Shown one piece after another: positions 42,134 through 60,550 of a DNA stretch of 64,000 nt (position 1 is its first letter; every line of letters begins with the position of its first letter). The stretch covers positions 36,022,001 to 36,086,000 of the forward strand of contig OZ024746.1 in NCBI GenBank assembly GCA_964016885.1, read 5' to 3'. The position numbers and the translations under genes are program-made. Under the pieces are notes generated by a model that worked only from the letters and a program-made list of their open reading frames with translations, was not told the DNA's origin and searched no databases. The stretch is from Eledone cirrhosa. Taxonomy: Eukaryota.

Positions 42134-42848
42134 ACTCTGTGTATTCCGGATAATGGTGCCCTGGATTCAGATAATATTCTCACCACAAAGAATGTCTTGA
42201 CTAAACATGTCCACTTGAAGTTGACCTATTCCTAATTAGAGACAATTTAACAGAGGAACGCTCAGTAATTACAGCATATTTCTGAGGCTTAATATTAAAA
42301 AGGTGATATATAGTGGAATTTTATATCTCCATAACTACATTTAAACATACAAATTGATAACTCCAGTAAAAGGTTTCTTCCATAAATCCATCATCTACGT
42401 GTTTGATTGATAGCGTAGGAATCCTCGATGAAATTGCTTTAAGAATCGAAAATCAATGAAATTATTCCTTCAACAATCTAATATGATTTCACAGCATCGA
42501 TTGAAACTTCAATCAAGTTATACATCAATTTTCAATCTATGAGAATCACTGAATTAAGACAATAAAATATATTATTACAGGTGTTCATATACACATTTCT
42601 CCCAGCAGCGTTCAAAATGTGTACTGTAGGTGTACACATGTCAGCACATGTTAACTGCTAAGCGCGCCTCACAGACACGCTGGCAATGTGACACAATATA
42701 TTCATTCCCAGGCGTGAACCTAGAATACTTTATACAGTTCTGTGTCTGTCTTATTTATTCTGAACTATATATATATATATATGATACATATATATATGTG
42801 TGTGTTTGTATGTGTGTGTGTATGCATGTGCATAAACACACATATATA

Positions 42849-42894
<46 letters not shown>

Positions 42895-43192
42895 AGAGCG
42901 AGAAAGAGATGCATCAGCACATATACGTGAATTGCATGTTTAGTGTTAGAAAGTGTAAATTATTTATAACTAACAATTTCTTGGTACTGTCGTGCTATGT
43001 ATGTTATTTATATAACGAAATAGACTTAAAGTCTAGTTCAACACATTCCAATACTAATCTCAATTGCTTCCGAAAACAAAATTGATTATAGGTTTGATCT
43101 GATTGTAATGGATTAATTCTAACTGTTGGTCATTTGCCAAGCACGTGTTACACATGAAAATGAATGAAATGAGTAGTATTGAATCTTCAAAC

Positions 43193-43250
<58 letters not shown>

Positions 43251-43452
43251 CTTTTCCTGAGTCCAACTATTTTCGTTGCTATGGCAATGCGGCTGGACTG
43301 CCGATCGCTATATTTGATTTGCGAAGCTGTCTAAACGTATTGTTATTTGTTATTACTCTGGTGTACTATTCCCTGCGAGTGGTAAAGCTACATACCGAAT
43401 TTGCATTCGTTAGCTTGGCCGCAACCTAAAGCTTCGTTAATGCTGAACTAAA

Positions 43453-43487
<35 letters not shown>

Positions 43488-43491
<4 letters not shown>

Positions 43492-43893
43492 ATTAAATAA
43501 ATGGAAACTATATTTATAAAACCATATTTATTTCATTATATATATTTCGGGGATATCATATTAACAATATGCTATGCCTTCCTCAGACAAAATACAATAT
43601 AAACAGTTTTATAGATAAATAGATTCGACATACCGTTATAACACCGACTTCCATTTGAAGAGGTTTAAGCTGGCAGTGAAAAAATTTTACACAGAGAGAA
43701 AGAAAGAGAGAAAAAAAGAAAGAAAGACAGAAAACGAAGAAAAGGAAGAAAAAGAAGAAATGCATGGAACAAAATAGAGAGATGGAAAGATAGATAAAGC
43801 GAAGAACTTCATGTAAAGAAACAGAAAGAGTGCTTTTATATCAGTTATAAATATTTACTAGTTGTAACCCAACAATTTTAAATATAACTTTCC
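43488..43893. mobile_element. Family B copy 4: antisense arm with UTR joined to a sense tail, inside (TA)n
   Basis: 43488-43655 is nearly identical to 12838-13007; 43828-43893 is the reverse complement of 12749-12814. Confidence 0.88.
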
Positions 43894-44827
43894 ATATATA
43901 TATATATATATATATATCTATATATATATATATATATAAATATGGTGGGTTACTGTGTGTGTGCATAATGTAATTTATCTGCACAGGAATGTACCTCTAT
44001 TCGTAAGAATCGGCAGAACATTATCAAATTATCTCTAGTGACATTATGTAGTAATTGCCTACTGAATGTAATCTTGTATAAGATTATGTGCGCGCCTTGT
44101 GGTCTGCCAGATATAGCTGAGAGGCCTTTTCTCTAAAGGTATTACGGCAAATGTGTGCCTACTTAACGTCATCGCTCTATCCTGGTCAATTATTTTCTCC
44201 TAGTTAACTTTGAGGAAACCTTCGAGTGTATAAGATGTGCCGATCTTGTTTGAATCCTGAAATACGGTGGTTTCTTTCCTCCCAGATGTTTTGTATTTCG
44301 TTGGCCATACTTGGTTAACAATTACAGATTATACTTCAAATTTTGTTTCATTAAATTAAATTATTGACCTTTGCAACCGCCAGCTTGCCGTGTAGCCAAC
44401 ATGAGGAAATTTATAATGTCATTACCTGTCACAGTGAAACAAGATCAAAATCTTTTGAAGATGAAAGAGATACTGAGGCGTATAGAAACCCGTATTTACT
44501 GGAGCATATATTATAGAAACTAGCGTCAAATTGAGATCACCCAGGACTACGAACATGTTAATATAAATGGTAATGATGAAATGGATTATTGGGATGATAT
44601 AAAAAGTGACGGCACTGACATAATAATAAAAATACATAAAAACATAACTCCTAACATGCTACGAACAATTTAATTATTATTATTTTTTTTTTCGTAATAT
44701 TGAAATAATTTCTATTATCTAGAAATGTATATTAAACTTAATTGTGAAATACGCAAGTGATAAGAGGCAATCATACAAGGGGAACACAGAACCAATGACA
44801 GAAGTGAGGTATTATTAAGACATTACG

Positions 44828-45021
44828 GAGGGTGGTGGATTGTCAGCAACGGCGGAGGGTCGGACGTCATGCTTTGACGTATAGAGTTACGGCTCTTTCT
44901 ATTCTGAGTTCAAATCCCGACGAGCTCAACATTGCCTTTCATCATTACGGGGTGGATAAAATAAAGTACCAGTAATGTACTGGGTAATTGCTGGCCTTGT
45001 GCCACAAGTATCAACAATTAT
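44828..45021 (+). mobile_element. tRNA-derived SINE (family copy 3)
   Basis: gagttcaaatcccg..gcctttcatcattacgggg..ataaaataaagtaccag..ttgctggccttgtgcc. Confidence 0.88.
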
Positions 45022-46198
45022 TAAGACATTACGGAAGATCCTTCTCGGATCTAGCTAGCAGGTAAAATAAAAATGGTCCAAACATAATTGTCAAAATATT
45101 TTTTAAATTGTTACATATGTATTATGAATTTCCAGGCTCTTAACTGATGCATCCCGATTTTCCGAGTGTATATCAATTTCGTTAAACGTTTTGTGAACAG
45201 TTAAATACAATTGTGGAAGCTTAAGATTGCATAAATGTGTATCGTGTAAAACACAGAAAATCGACTGTAAAGTTTGCCTAACGATAATCGTGATATGAAA
45301 TAGTTATGGTACAAATAGAAGAATATCTTAATAAAGCAAACACTAGTTACTTCATCCCCCTACAGAGTGGAGAATAGTTCCAAATTTGATGAATATTAGC
45401 AGACGAATGTTTATACAATGCTGAAAAGAAAACCAATATTATTCAAACCACATGTGTTTTGGGATAATTTTATTCTTCGAAACCCACCCGGAAATTTCGA
45501 CTGATACTCATTCATTTACGTATAAAGAGAATATATTACACATATACATGAGTAAATTAGGAAATAATAAAAAAAATAAAAGTATAATAATAATAATAAT
45601 AACGCCATGAATACTTAGAACGGCCTGTAAATTTACACTCCAAACTATTTCTATAAACAAATATACAATAAGTTTTCTCAAATATCACTGGAAAGTAGCT
45701 TTCTAGATCATTTGTTACTCTCTCACTTTTTCGAATAACAACAATTTAAGGAAACTATTCATTCAGTAGTAATGCCGGTTCATTCTAGTACAGAGCAGTT
45801 TATTAAGTACAATGTATTTCAGCTAAGTATACTTATTGGTTAGCGTTAGCTATTTTAATGAATTTAATATTAGACATAGCCCTTCTTTCTTTGGATTGAA
45901 AAGTATATTTCCTCTTAATGAAATTTTACTATATATGCAAATAATTGGAATTGCCATACAAATACATATATAATTATCTTTACAATTCATCTTGCAAGTT
46001 AAGACGAAGATATTTTCTCCTCTCTCTACCACAGAATATCTCTTTCTATCTATATTTCACACACACTCCAACTATATAACCATAGTCGCATACAAAATTA
46101 TGCAGCGTTTCGCGTGACTTATCAAGTGTGTGTATGGGAATGTGTATGTAAATAAATACATAAATAAATATGCAAACACATACACACATACACACACG

Positions 46199-46822
<624 letters not shown>

Positions 46823-47639
46823 ATGTTTATATATGTATATATGTATTTTTGTTTCTCTGTGTGTAAAGGTATACGCATTGTCAACGGGATTGTAAAATCG
46901 TAGAAACAATTTCATTTGAAAATATTCATACTTGGATTAAAGTAATTTAAAATTAATAAAATACCTAAATTCACAACTTTATATTACGCAATATACAATT
47001 GATGTTTGAGACCCTCTAGCAATGATATGTCTTCAAAGAATGACTGAAGAGATAGAGATAAATTAAAGAGTTTCAGAGGGATACGCTACACCATTAGTTG
47101 TACACTATAAAAGCTGTTTATGGTTAAATAGGAATTAATAATTGTAGCAGAGAACGGGACGCATTTTGAATGGGGAACATTTATAGGAAATTTTAAACCG
47201 TATTTAGACGAAAAAATAAAAATGTAAGAGTTGCGTATGGATAAGTTTTATATACATTTAAACAATATATGATGATTAAATGGATATAGACAGATATATA
47301 GATATATAGAGATGGAGAGATTTTGAGAGAGTAACCAAAAATGTAACTCTTTCTCTGCATGTCTGTATGAATTCGCGTGCATGTATTTTCGCAGGGATTT
47401 GGTGTCTCCTTGCACAATTTTCTTCCAGCCTGTTTGTCAATGACAAACATTAGCTGAAATATTTAGTATCATGCTTACGGTTCCCTACCGCTTTCATAGT
47501 TTTGCTATCACCACAGGATTTTCCGTTGAAGTCATATGAGTTATATAATCAGAAAGCATGGACCTAATATTTACTTTATACCACAGCTCGTCTTTTGAAA
47601 AAACATTCTGCAAAACCACAGGCTTGTATTGATAGACGA

Positions 47640-48850
47640 ATTATGGAATTTGTAACAAGTGAAAAACAAATGTTACAATCAGGCAAAAATCTACTTAAAG
47701 TGTAGGTCATGAAGTAGGGCAATCTGGACAAATTACAGTAATTGAGAATGGTTAATAGAACATTTCTGTAAAAATGGACCTAATGGTAAAAAAGTACTGA
47801 AGAATATTAGAAAAGACAATGTATCAGATAAAAATAAACTTATTGGCCTTGGGCTATGTATTTTGCGAGAAAATTATTGAGTTTGACACAAATTTCCCGC
47901 CGTTTTTCAAATGGAGGAATTTTGTTAGATTCCTGGAAATGTTAAAGTGTGCGCATGCACACATTATATTAGAGCCGACGTTGTTATGCACTGTGCATTT
48001 CTCATAATGCGTTCAATCGTCATCGGGGAAGGAAAATCATTTATTGAAATTGCTCTTTACGGTATGACTTCAACTTTGGCCAGCAGCATTGCGTCGGTGA
48101 ATTAACAATGCATTTAACACACACACACCATTTCTAAACGCAGTGCCATTACGGCGAATACAGTTTAGAAGATCGAAACTGTACAGGACGTGCTTCCGGC
48201 TTAGGTGGCGGGCATCTCTTTGATCTGGTGGACGCAACACATCAAATGAACACATTGAAATAATCCGGGCATCGGAAAAACCCACCTTCAATCATTTCCA
48301 TGCTAGGGAAAATATATGCAAAGTGGACCACTCAGTGCTCAACAATCTGATATACCGCAAACATGTCAGGTGGAGGCTGGGACTTTATTTCTATCTTACA
48401 ATCGCACAAGCAACTGCTTACCATTCATAGTTACTGGTGATGAAATTTGTATCTTTATATTAATGTCATGCACAAACGATCGTGGCATAGGAAAGAGAGT
48501 TCGCTACAACGGCAAGAAAGGCACTACTGGGTGTCACGTGGGACTGGAGATATGTCATCAAACAATTAATATATATCGATTCCTTGACATAGTATATAAC
48601 TATAACGAATTTGTTAATTTTTGGGGTTGCGTTGATTGGGACTGGTTTTCTAACACCATCCTAGCCCTTAAATTGCACAGTCCTATTTATATCTGCCCTG
48701 AGCCATAAACCATATTTCTGAACCGATGTGGAGAAATAAAATAAAATCCCTACTCTTGGTAGATATATTTCTACAATGTGAAATATATTAAGACAATTCT
48801 ACTGACGATGAGATCTGCCTTTGGTTTGCCCAAATTGATAGTTCGCAATC
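47640..48850 (+). mobile_element. Degraded mariner (Tc1/mariner) transposase relic
   Basis: LPFIVTGDEICIF (compare mariner IVTGDEKW) at about 48420-48460; TGR.S..L.DLV at about 48183; decayed HPPYSPDL-like segment at about 48675-48710. Confidence 0.6.
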
Positions 48851-48867
48851 GATATATATATATATAA

Positions 48868-51851
<2,984 letters not shown>

Positions 51852-52046
51852 GAGTTTTAATATAGAAGAGCTTCTACAGGACTAGAACTGTTTCATTCAT
51901 GAGAAATCATCCGGGCTTCCTGATGGTTTCTCTTGAATGAAACTGTTCTAGTCCTGTAGAAGCTCTTCTATATTAAAACGTTCATACTCTGCTATGTATT
52001 GAGTACCTTACTTACTGTGGTTAACTACGATTTAACCCGGAATAAC
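51852..52046. mobile_element. Fold-back element family E inside (TA)n with hammerhead fold; related single arm on the minus strand at about 3693-3830
   Basis: Arms gttttaatatagaagagcttctacagg..gagaaatcatc / gatggtttctc..cctgtagaagctcttctatattaaaac. gcttc-CTGATG(G/A)-..-GAAAc..gTA-gaagc at 51915-51963. Confidence 0.85.
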
Positions 52047-52057
52047 ATATATATATA

Positions 52058-52168
52058 TAATTGGTTCTACTTTGTGGCACAAGGCCAGCAATTAATCAGT
52101 GTATTACTGGTACTTTATTTTATCGACCCCCGTAGGGATGAAAGGCAAAGTTAACCTCGGCGGGATTT
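52058..52168 (-). mobile_element. tRNA-derived SINE, 3' half (copy 4)
   Basis: ggcacaaggccagcaatt..ggatgaaaggcaaagttaacctcggcgggattt. Confidence 0.85.
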
Positions 52169-52888
52169 ATATATAATGAAAAATAAAAGTTACGGGCGAA
52201 AGAAAGGAGCGTCCTCGTCAGTTGTGTACTAGGAATCAGTGTTATTTCTTCGCGTTAGAGACAATATACCTCAGCCTAGGGCGAACAATAACTAAAATAA
52301 CTAGTTGGGATAAAATAAGGGGGGCATATAATCAGATACAAAGGGTGAAGCAACGTAAAGATAGGAAAAAGGAATATATATCTAGGGTTCTTATATATTT
52401 GATATATATTTATCCTTATCGAGCCCTCTTTGGATTTTAGTCTTCGAATTTACTATTATTACTAAATATATATATATATATATATGATAGCTGCATTTAG
52501 CCTATCACCCCTGTTCTGGGTAGAATGAAAAGCCTGCTGAAAAACTGAATCCTCCATTCGATCATGAATACCATGAGCTTGCCAGTCACGTAAGTCTGAT
52601 ATTTGATTTCGGATACAAAGAAACACTATAAACGTATAATTGTTCGATTTGTCCAGGTGTATTTTCCTCAAACTGTTAGTTCTATCGTTACTTTGGTATA
52701 TTGTGTGTTAGATTTTGCCTACCACTATGTTCGATTTGTCAAGCTATTTAAACGTATGTTATTATTCTAAGGACCTACCTTATCGAGTGTTTTGCTAACT
52801 CATCATTTCATATAAGTAGGCCGAATTTACTTGCAAACCGCCAGAGATTCGATTTTACTAAATTTCCAAATATATATATATATATATA

Positions 52889-53094
52889 TTTATTAAAATA
52901 ACAGATTAAAGTTTAAGCAAAGAGTCGCTGCTTTCACCCTTACCAGGATCTTGTTAAGGGTGAAAGCACCGATTCTTTGCTTAAACTTTAATCTATTATT
53001 TTAATAAATATTTGCTCTACGGTTCTCATATATTTGATATATATTTATCCTTATCGAGCCCTCTTTGGATTTAAGTCTTCAAATTTATTATTTT

Positions 53095-53098
<4 letters not shown>
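52889..53098. mobile_element. Fold-back element family D, second palindromic copy inside (TA)n
   Basis: Same arms and tail as 29180-29420 with a different central breakpoint (ccttaccaggatcttgttaaggg). Confidence 0.85.
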
Positions 53099-53150
<52 letters not shown>

Positions 53151-53395
53151 AAAATATGGGGGGGTACGTGAGTGTGCGCGCGTGCGCGCGCTTGTTTATT
53201 ACACTAGTAGACACGGTTTTTCCAGAAACGTATATTTGTTGTCATTAATCATATAGGATTTTGGGGACTGGTTGCCTATCTTCTGTTCTCATTTAAAGGG
53301 GAAAGAAGATAGAGTGAGCTACACACAGAGAACAGTCTCAGAATATTTCGGGTCTCTTTGTGTAAAATAACTTATAAAGGGAGAAATTAAGGTAG

Positions 53396-53570
53396 ATAAT
53401 TGTTTCTACTTTTGGCACAAGGCCAGCAATTACCCAGTACATTACTCGTACTTTATCTTATCGACCCCCGTAAGGATGAAAGGCAAAGTTAACCTCCACG
53501 GGATTTGAACTCAAACCGTAAAGGGTCATAACTATGCTAGAAAGCATGGAGTCCAACCCTTTAACGATAA
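53396..53570 (-). mobile_element. tRNA-derived SINE (copy 5)
   Basis: ggcacaaggccagcaattacccagtac..gggatttgaactc. Confidence 0.85.
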
Positions 53571-54093
53571 TGTAGTAGAGAAAGGCATAGAATTTTCATA
53601 GTTATTTTGCAAACTATGTAACTTTAGAGTTGGAGTGATGTACAATAAATGTTTAGTAGAGGAACAATGAGGCAATGGAGCTACATTGGGTGGGTTTGTG
53701 GATATTAATTAGACAGCTCTGTTTACAATGTTAAAGAATGTTAGAAGTTGTTTGTTCCTAAATAGAGTTAACATAGATTACAGAGCGTCCTTTCTCGTCG
53801 CTCTCTGGGATTCGTGATATTTGGAAGCTTATTAGTGCGGATGTTTTAAAAACATACCTGAACACCTATGAGCAGACGTTAAACATAAACAAGTTAACTT
53901 TCATAATTGACAGTTGTTGATAGGGGTTAATATTATCTTCATGTAAATAATATTTAGGCCCTTAGGCCGTTCAATTTACTATGTGGGTGACGAAATTTGA
54001 TGCAAACATTGAGAACCTCCTTTTGTCAAACAGAAAGGTATACATTGGGTAAATGGTATTCTGGCTTATTGATGTAAATAAATAAATAGAACC

Positions 54094-54099
<6 letters not shown>

Positions 54100-54183
<84 letters not shown>

Positions 54184-54358
54184 CTCTATCTCTCTCTCTC
54201 TATCTCTCTCGCTCTCTCTTTCTCTCTCTCTCTTTCTCTCTTTCTCTCTCTCCTCGCTTTGTATGCATACACACACACACACACACACTCACACACACAC
54301 ACTCACACACTCACACTCACACACTCACACACTCACATATATATATATATATATATAT
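54100..54358. repeat. Compound (CT)n-(CA)n-(TA)n microsatellite
   Basis: Direct reading. Confidence 0.95.
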
Positions 54359-55152
54359 AATTAGCATCTGCCTGTGTCGTCAGTGCGTGTGAGTATGTGT
54401 TCGTTTCACAATATCTAACACAAAATTAAAAGAGACACGCTTTACCTCAAACGTGATTTCAATTTAGATATCTGAATATTTTCAGGAGGCGGTAAAATAT
54501 TTCATAAAGAAATATGTATCAATTAGGCACGGCCCATCATGTTTCATCATATTTTACATCAATCATTAATAGTTGATCAAAAAATCCTATAGCTTAATAG
54601 AAATTTACATGATTATGAAATGTTGAACTCATTAGGTAAATAGCTTCGTTGCCGATATTCAGATGCGGTTATATCTAAATGCTCCTTTAAAAAAAATATG
54701 ATGTTCATGCAAGCTTGGAAACGGGCCTCGTATTCCAATCTAAATGCCTTTTGAATTTCTATTAACAACACGTATACCTTTTACAAACGATTTATATCTA
54801 ACCCATGTAGGCTGTTTTATTCAGTTAAGCATCAGTAATTACAGGGATCTAATTTCCATTATTATTTCATCCATTTAACAGCCTTGTGATTGACAGCAAC
54901 ATCATTGTTTCTGTAAAGGCACCCTAAAATATTGTGTTGGCTATGTAGGCTTGTATCACCGTTACTTGACAGCAGCTTTGTCAAAAAAAGCATATGTATA
55001 AAACACATGCAGTGTAATATGAAAAATATAAAGATAGCAGGATATTCATCGCTATTTCTCACGAACAAATAGAAAATGTTATGAGCCTAGGTTAGGAAAA
55101 AATGATGTATATATAGATGTATATTGCTGAGTATTTATATCCGTGTATACAT

Positions 55153-55190
<38 letters not shown>

Positions 55191-57479
55191 TCATATATAT
55201 AAATATATATATACATATATATATATATTTATATATACGTATATATATGTTGTTATACGTTTTGTACCGTCTGCCATGTGTTTAAATTTTTATTTAAAAT
55301 TAGACGTCATATATTTACTTCTGTTTTTCTTGAACACAATTACATTTGTTCTAATTTTTGAGTGTAGTTGTTTATATATTATAAAGGATTTTTGTCTTAT
55401 ATTCTTTATATTTAGATAAGCTCTGCAACACGCTCCTGATTCGGGTTTTGTATATTCCGTGGCTGAATGAATAAATCTTTTCGTTCAGCGGATATGATAG
55501 CAATGTTCAATAGCAGCATACAAAATATATTAATGCGAGCACGATAAAAAACATCAGGCGAGAATGCTTTTAGCGCAATCATTGCAAATGCTATAAAGAA
55601 AAAAACAAAGTAACCGATGAAACAAATCTTTAAACAGTAAAATTAATAATAAAGAGACCATTAACTCTTTCTGGTCACTTTAATGGTGCTAGAAATTGAA
55701 CATTATCACAAAGAATTCTAACTCTCTGTTTAAGAACGACAGAAATATCTCGATATTTTTAATCCTCTACATATTTTGCCAGCACAATTTCATGTATAAC
55801 GGATTAGTTCGCATGCACTGTGAATTGAAGTAAATAATATAAACAGAGAAATAAGGAATCTTTATGCTAAACATATATGATTGCGATTACTGAGTATGTT
55901 AGAGAGGTACACAAAATGCAATCGGCAATCGGTGTTTCAAATTATATCCTTCCATAATCCAAAGTGTGATCTGCTTTTCCGTCAACATTAACCCCTACTC
56001 TGATAACTTTCTAGGTAATGTCAGATGCTACGGAATCAAATATTTCCGTATATTATATGTTGATTAAATATACTTCTTTAACTTACACGCTAATCTTTTC
56101 TAGTATTATAGAATAATTTCCCTGATTTGACAGCTTATATTTTCAGCAGACACAAGCCTGTATGCTTCTTGCTTCGTACATTTTTAATAGATGGATATTT
56201 ACTATACTTTCAAATATAATGATTATAAAATGTATTATTTATATTGATTTATTCCATTGAGGTGAACAAACGTATCGATATTCTGAATAACAGTCGTATT
56301 TCAAAGCTGCTATTAAATATTTCTAACACAATGTACTAAAAGTAACAGGAGGTAACGCGGGATTATCATCTCACTTGACCTGAGTGAAATAACAGCTCAT
56401 CTTTCCATAAATTCCACTTAGCACCCTTACAAAATAGGACATATCAGATGATTTAACCCTGGATACATTATGTATGAACATACAGCGGTTTGAATAAAGC
56501 ATGGGAAATAGTTTGGATCTATGCCATGTCTGACGTCGAGATTTTCAGTAGTTTTAACACCGTGCACTGGAGATTATTGGACAGTCCACAGATACGTCTA
56601 ACCATAACACTGTTTGCAGTGTAACTTCATGGAAAATAGTGTTTAACAAAACTGGTCTTTCGAAATACGGGTACAAATAATTTCGCCCTGTTTGAGTCGA
56701 GTAGAATATCGTTACAAAGACTGTCTGGCTCAAGACCACAACTGGCAGCCACTGATGCAATTCACAACTCTATGATCATGAGCCGCAAACTGAATGCTAC
56801 GCGCCGTTAGATATAGTTCTTTATGAAGAGAGTAATGCGGTTATCAATAACGTTGACAAATAATTTAAACATAAATGGTCTAGTCTCAAAATAAATTACT
56901 GAAAACATTTCCATCTCACATGGAGGATTAGAAATGTTATAAACTTCACCCGAACATCTCCTTTTAATGTCAGGATACTTTCTGCCCTGCACTGTCACAT
57001 GCAATTTCAATATAGCACATATCATTCATACATCTTAATTTGCATTAATTCCTTTAGAAACAAAGTACATCTCTTTCATTCTCAACAGTAACAGCAGATA
57101 CGTTTCTCTTTGTGTCGGTGGTGATTTTTAATCTTTTCACTTTTTTATTTTGTGTTTAGTATTTTATTCATGTACGTAAATGAACGTAAATTTACTTCTG
57201 TAAATGTGTTTGTGTTTGTGTTTTTATCGATATTGTAGTGGACATCTTCCAACTTAACGACTGCGTGGTAAAACGAGTGCACCTGCAAAAAAAAAAGAAA
57301 AGATGAATTAATTCAAGGTATTAGTAACAAATTGTATTTGATATTTGAATACTGAGGATTGAAATAATGAAAGTCATTTGCGAGCAAAAACAAGTATATT
57401 AAAAAGTCAATCTCTTCTAAACCTCACTATGTGACATTCCGTCGTTCATAGTAGACATATATGACTTTAATAACAAAAA

Positions 57480-58480
57480 TATCCATAGAAATCAAAACAT
57501 ACAATAAATTGATTTGCGGTATTTGCAAGAAATCCAGAAATGAGACAAAACCCGCACGAAATTAAACTTGCAGGTATAAGAAGACATATATTTAGAAACA
57601 AGAGATTAACAGATGCAGAGTTATAAGAAATTAAGAAGAACGATGAAAAATATTTCAGAATATCAGTATCTGAAATGGATGGGAATGAATAAGTGACAGA
57701 AGAGACACCACGAAACGTATTGACTATGTTGTCACCTGAAGATATATCTGAGAACATTGAACATATCAAAAACACAATAGCGCAAGTTCATGCTGAAAGA
57801 CAGTTTACCTATATGGACAAGGGTATAAAACTCAGATAGAACTAGTGTTATAACTGCACGACTCTGAGAAAACTCCTCATTGGTTTGCACAAGTTATAAC
57901 ATATCTCGCCAAAATCAACAGAAAGAAGTATTCCTAAATATCGTCCTATCACTTGCCTTCTTAGATCAGACAAAATACTCACTGACTGAGGCAATCTACA
58001 AATTTATGGATAAAAAGCATATGCACCCTATTGAGCATTAACCATATGATTCAGGAAAGAATTGTCATAATTAGCAATTAATTCGGGGTACTGCTTCGAT
58101 AGACAATATAAAAACGAAAAAGAAAATTAGATTTTGTTTCCGACAGTTTGAAAACTTTGGATATTCTGAAAATTTGCAGAGAAATATAAAACCTCCTTAA
58201 ATACAACACATTTGTATGGCATACTATATATTCCAGCATCATACGTATTAACTGGGATAGTTTTCAAGGTGATTCTTGAAAAATATTAATTTCAGAAAAG
58301 ACAGAATATCAAGCACAAACGCAATGGGATTAGATGCGAATACAGTAATTTAGGAAATATTATAGAACAGGAAAATATGTAAGATATCTAGGGATCAACA
58401 GAGGCCAACGTATTCCCCACGCCAGCATGGAAGAGATAAACGGGAAGGAATGCCGCGGAAGATTACGTGATCTCTTGGAA
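57480..58480 (+). mobile_element. Highly degraded non-LTR RT relic (R4/Dong-like)
   Basis: PKSTERSIPKYRPITCL at about 57908-57960, FQGDS at about 58262, YLGI at about 58385; many lesions. Confidence 0.55.
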
Positions 58481-60550
58481 ACAGCCATGTTTATTTATTC
58501 ATTTATTTTGTCGTCAGTGCATTTTGCGAGTGTTACTTCGACATGTTTGGGTATAATTGATTCGAATACAGCAGTAAAAGCTGATGTCATTTTGTAATAA
58601 TAAATATTGACAAAATGCATATCTTAACATATGCTTTAGTTTCGTCCCTCAAGGGCTGATAGACGAAATATGTAGGCTGGTCTCTAAAGACGTTGGATAG
58701 GACGACCACATTAATACAATTGTTTGGGGCAAATGTATCCAAACTGAAATTGATATCAAGTGGAAACATCGAGGTATTTATTTGCTCGATACTATTTGTG
58801 GGCATTAGATTCATTCGGCTTTAAATATTATCATGAAATTGAAATGAAATATGAAACCTGTTTTGAAGGAAACGGGCGCTACCAATATTAACTTAAGCGA
58901 ATTGTATGAAATAACTAATGACATAGAATACGACCTATGCAGGAGACCTCCAAATATATACCCCAGCACAAGCATTACAATCTCAGATTATAACCCATAT
59001 AGTGATGAGGCAATTCATATTCTAAACATGTGCAACTCATTAACTCTCGACACTAAAAATATGACACATGTGCAACATTGATACCAACGGAAGAAATATT
59101 ATAATCCTCACCTAATATATTCTCTTGTCTCAAAGATTAAAATTACAACACATGAACATTCCACACAGTATATACGAAATACAAGCTACATCCCTTGAAA
59201 TATCACTTTGTATATACACTGCCCAAAACAGGTGGTAATATATTCAAGCCCCAAACAACTAAGAAAGTAAAACAAACCAAAGCAGATTCAATATAACAAC
59301 ACATCTTCAAAATGCAACAGTGCACATACACAACTCATGAACGTAGAACAGCAGATGCAGAAGGAACAGCTGATGCAGAAATACCTCGCAGAAATCTTTG
59401 AAAACAGGGTGATATTTTTAACACAATCCTAATATCACATGGTAAGAGCAGCATTAAAATAATGGCACACAAAGTTGCAGGCACATAACATAATATATAA
59501 CTGGAACAATATTTATAGATGCATAATAGAAATTTGTAATCGGAAACGAAGGATTTAAGGGAGGAATTTCTGAGCCACTTCATTGAAATGAATATCTTCC
59601 ATCATTATAACGATTATTGAATTTTATATACATCTGATGAACAATTATTAGGAAGGCCAATATTGAAATTAATGTAAATTTAAATTGGAAATAAAACGTT
59701 TACAGTAAACGAATCATGAAGCACACGTACGTACATAGAACACGCTTATATAAAAGAAAAACAACACTTTACATGTTGGGTAAAAGAAAACGTTGAGATA
59801 TGAAAGGAATTTATAATGTAACATGCAAATGCACAATATTCAATCATGAAGATATACGGGTGTGTGTGTATCTCTATGTGTGGGTGTATCTGTGTTACCC
59901 ATTATTAATTTGCATCATTTCACCGACATCTTTTTACATGTTATTGTATTCGATTGATTTTACTTTACTGCGATCACGCTTTTGTTGACACTATCTTCAT
60001 CCCCGCCGAAAGAAAGTTGATTATTATTTAAATAGGCCATTGACTCATATCAAATCCCATTGAATTGAATCATATGTAGAGCTACAAAAAATAAAATGTA
60101 CATCACTCGGTAACTTTCATGACATATATATATATATATATATATATACAGCTTTTCAATTAAATTCACCGTGAGAAGAATGCCTTTTTAAATATTGTAC
60201 ATCTTTACTTAATATTAGTGATTTTAAAAATACACTGTATCGGTTTTTTTTTTGTTTTTTTTTTGGTTTTTTTGAAAGCATTAAAAAATTAGACTTGACT
60301 ACTTAATTGAATCCTACATAGTGCTCTACATATAAGATGATCATTAAAAACTTCTCTCTCCCAAAATTATTATTATTATTATTTATACTTACTCACCTGA
60401 TCAGGGGGAGAAAATAATCTCTGAAATCCATTGAGATAGTAACGTATGTTTTTCTGTGTATATTGGGGAAATTCTTTACATCTAATTATTATAGAAAATA
60501 GATAGCTAATTCGATGTATATATATATAGAGAGAGAGATAGATAGATAGA

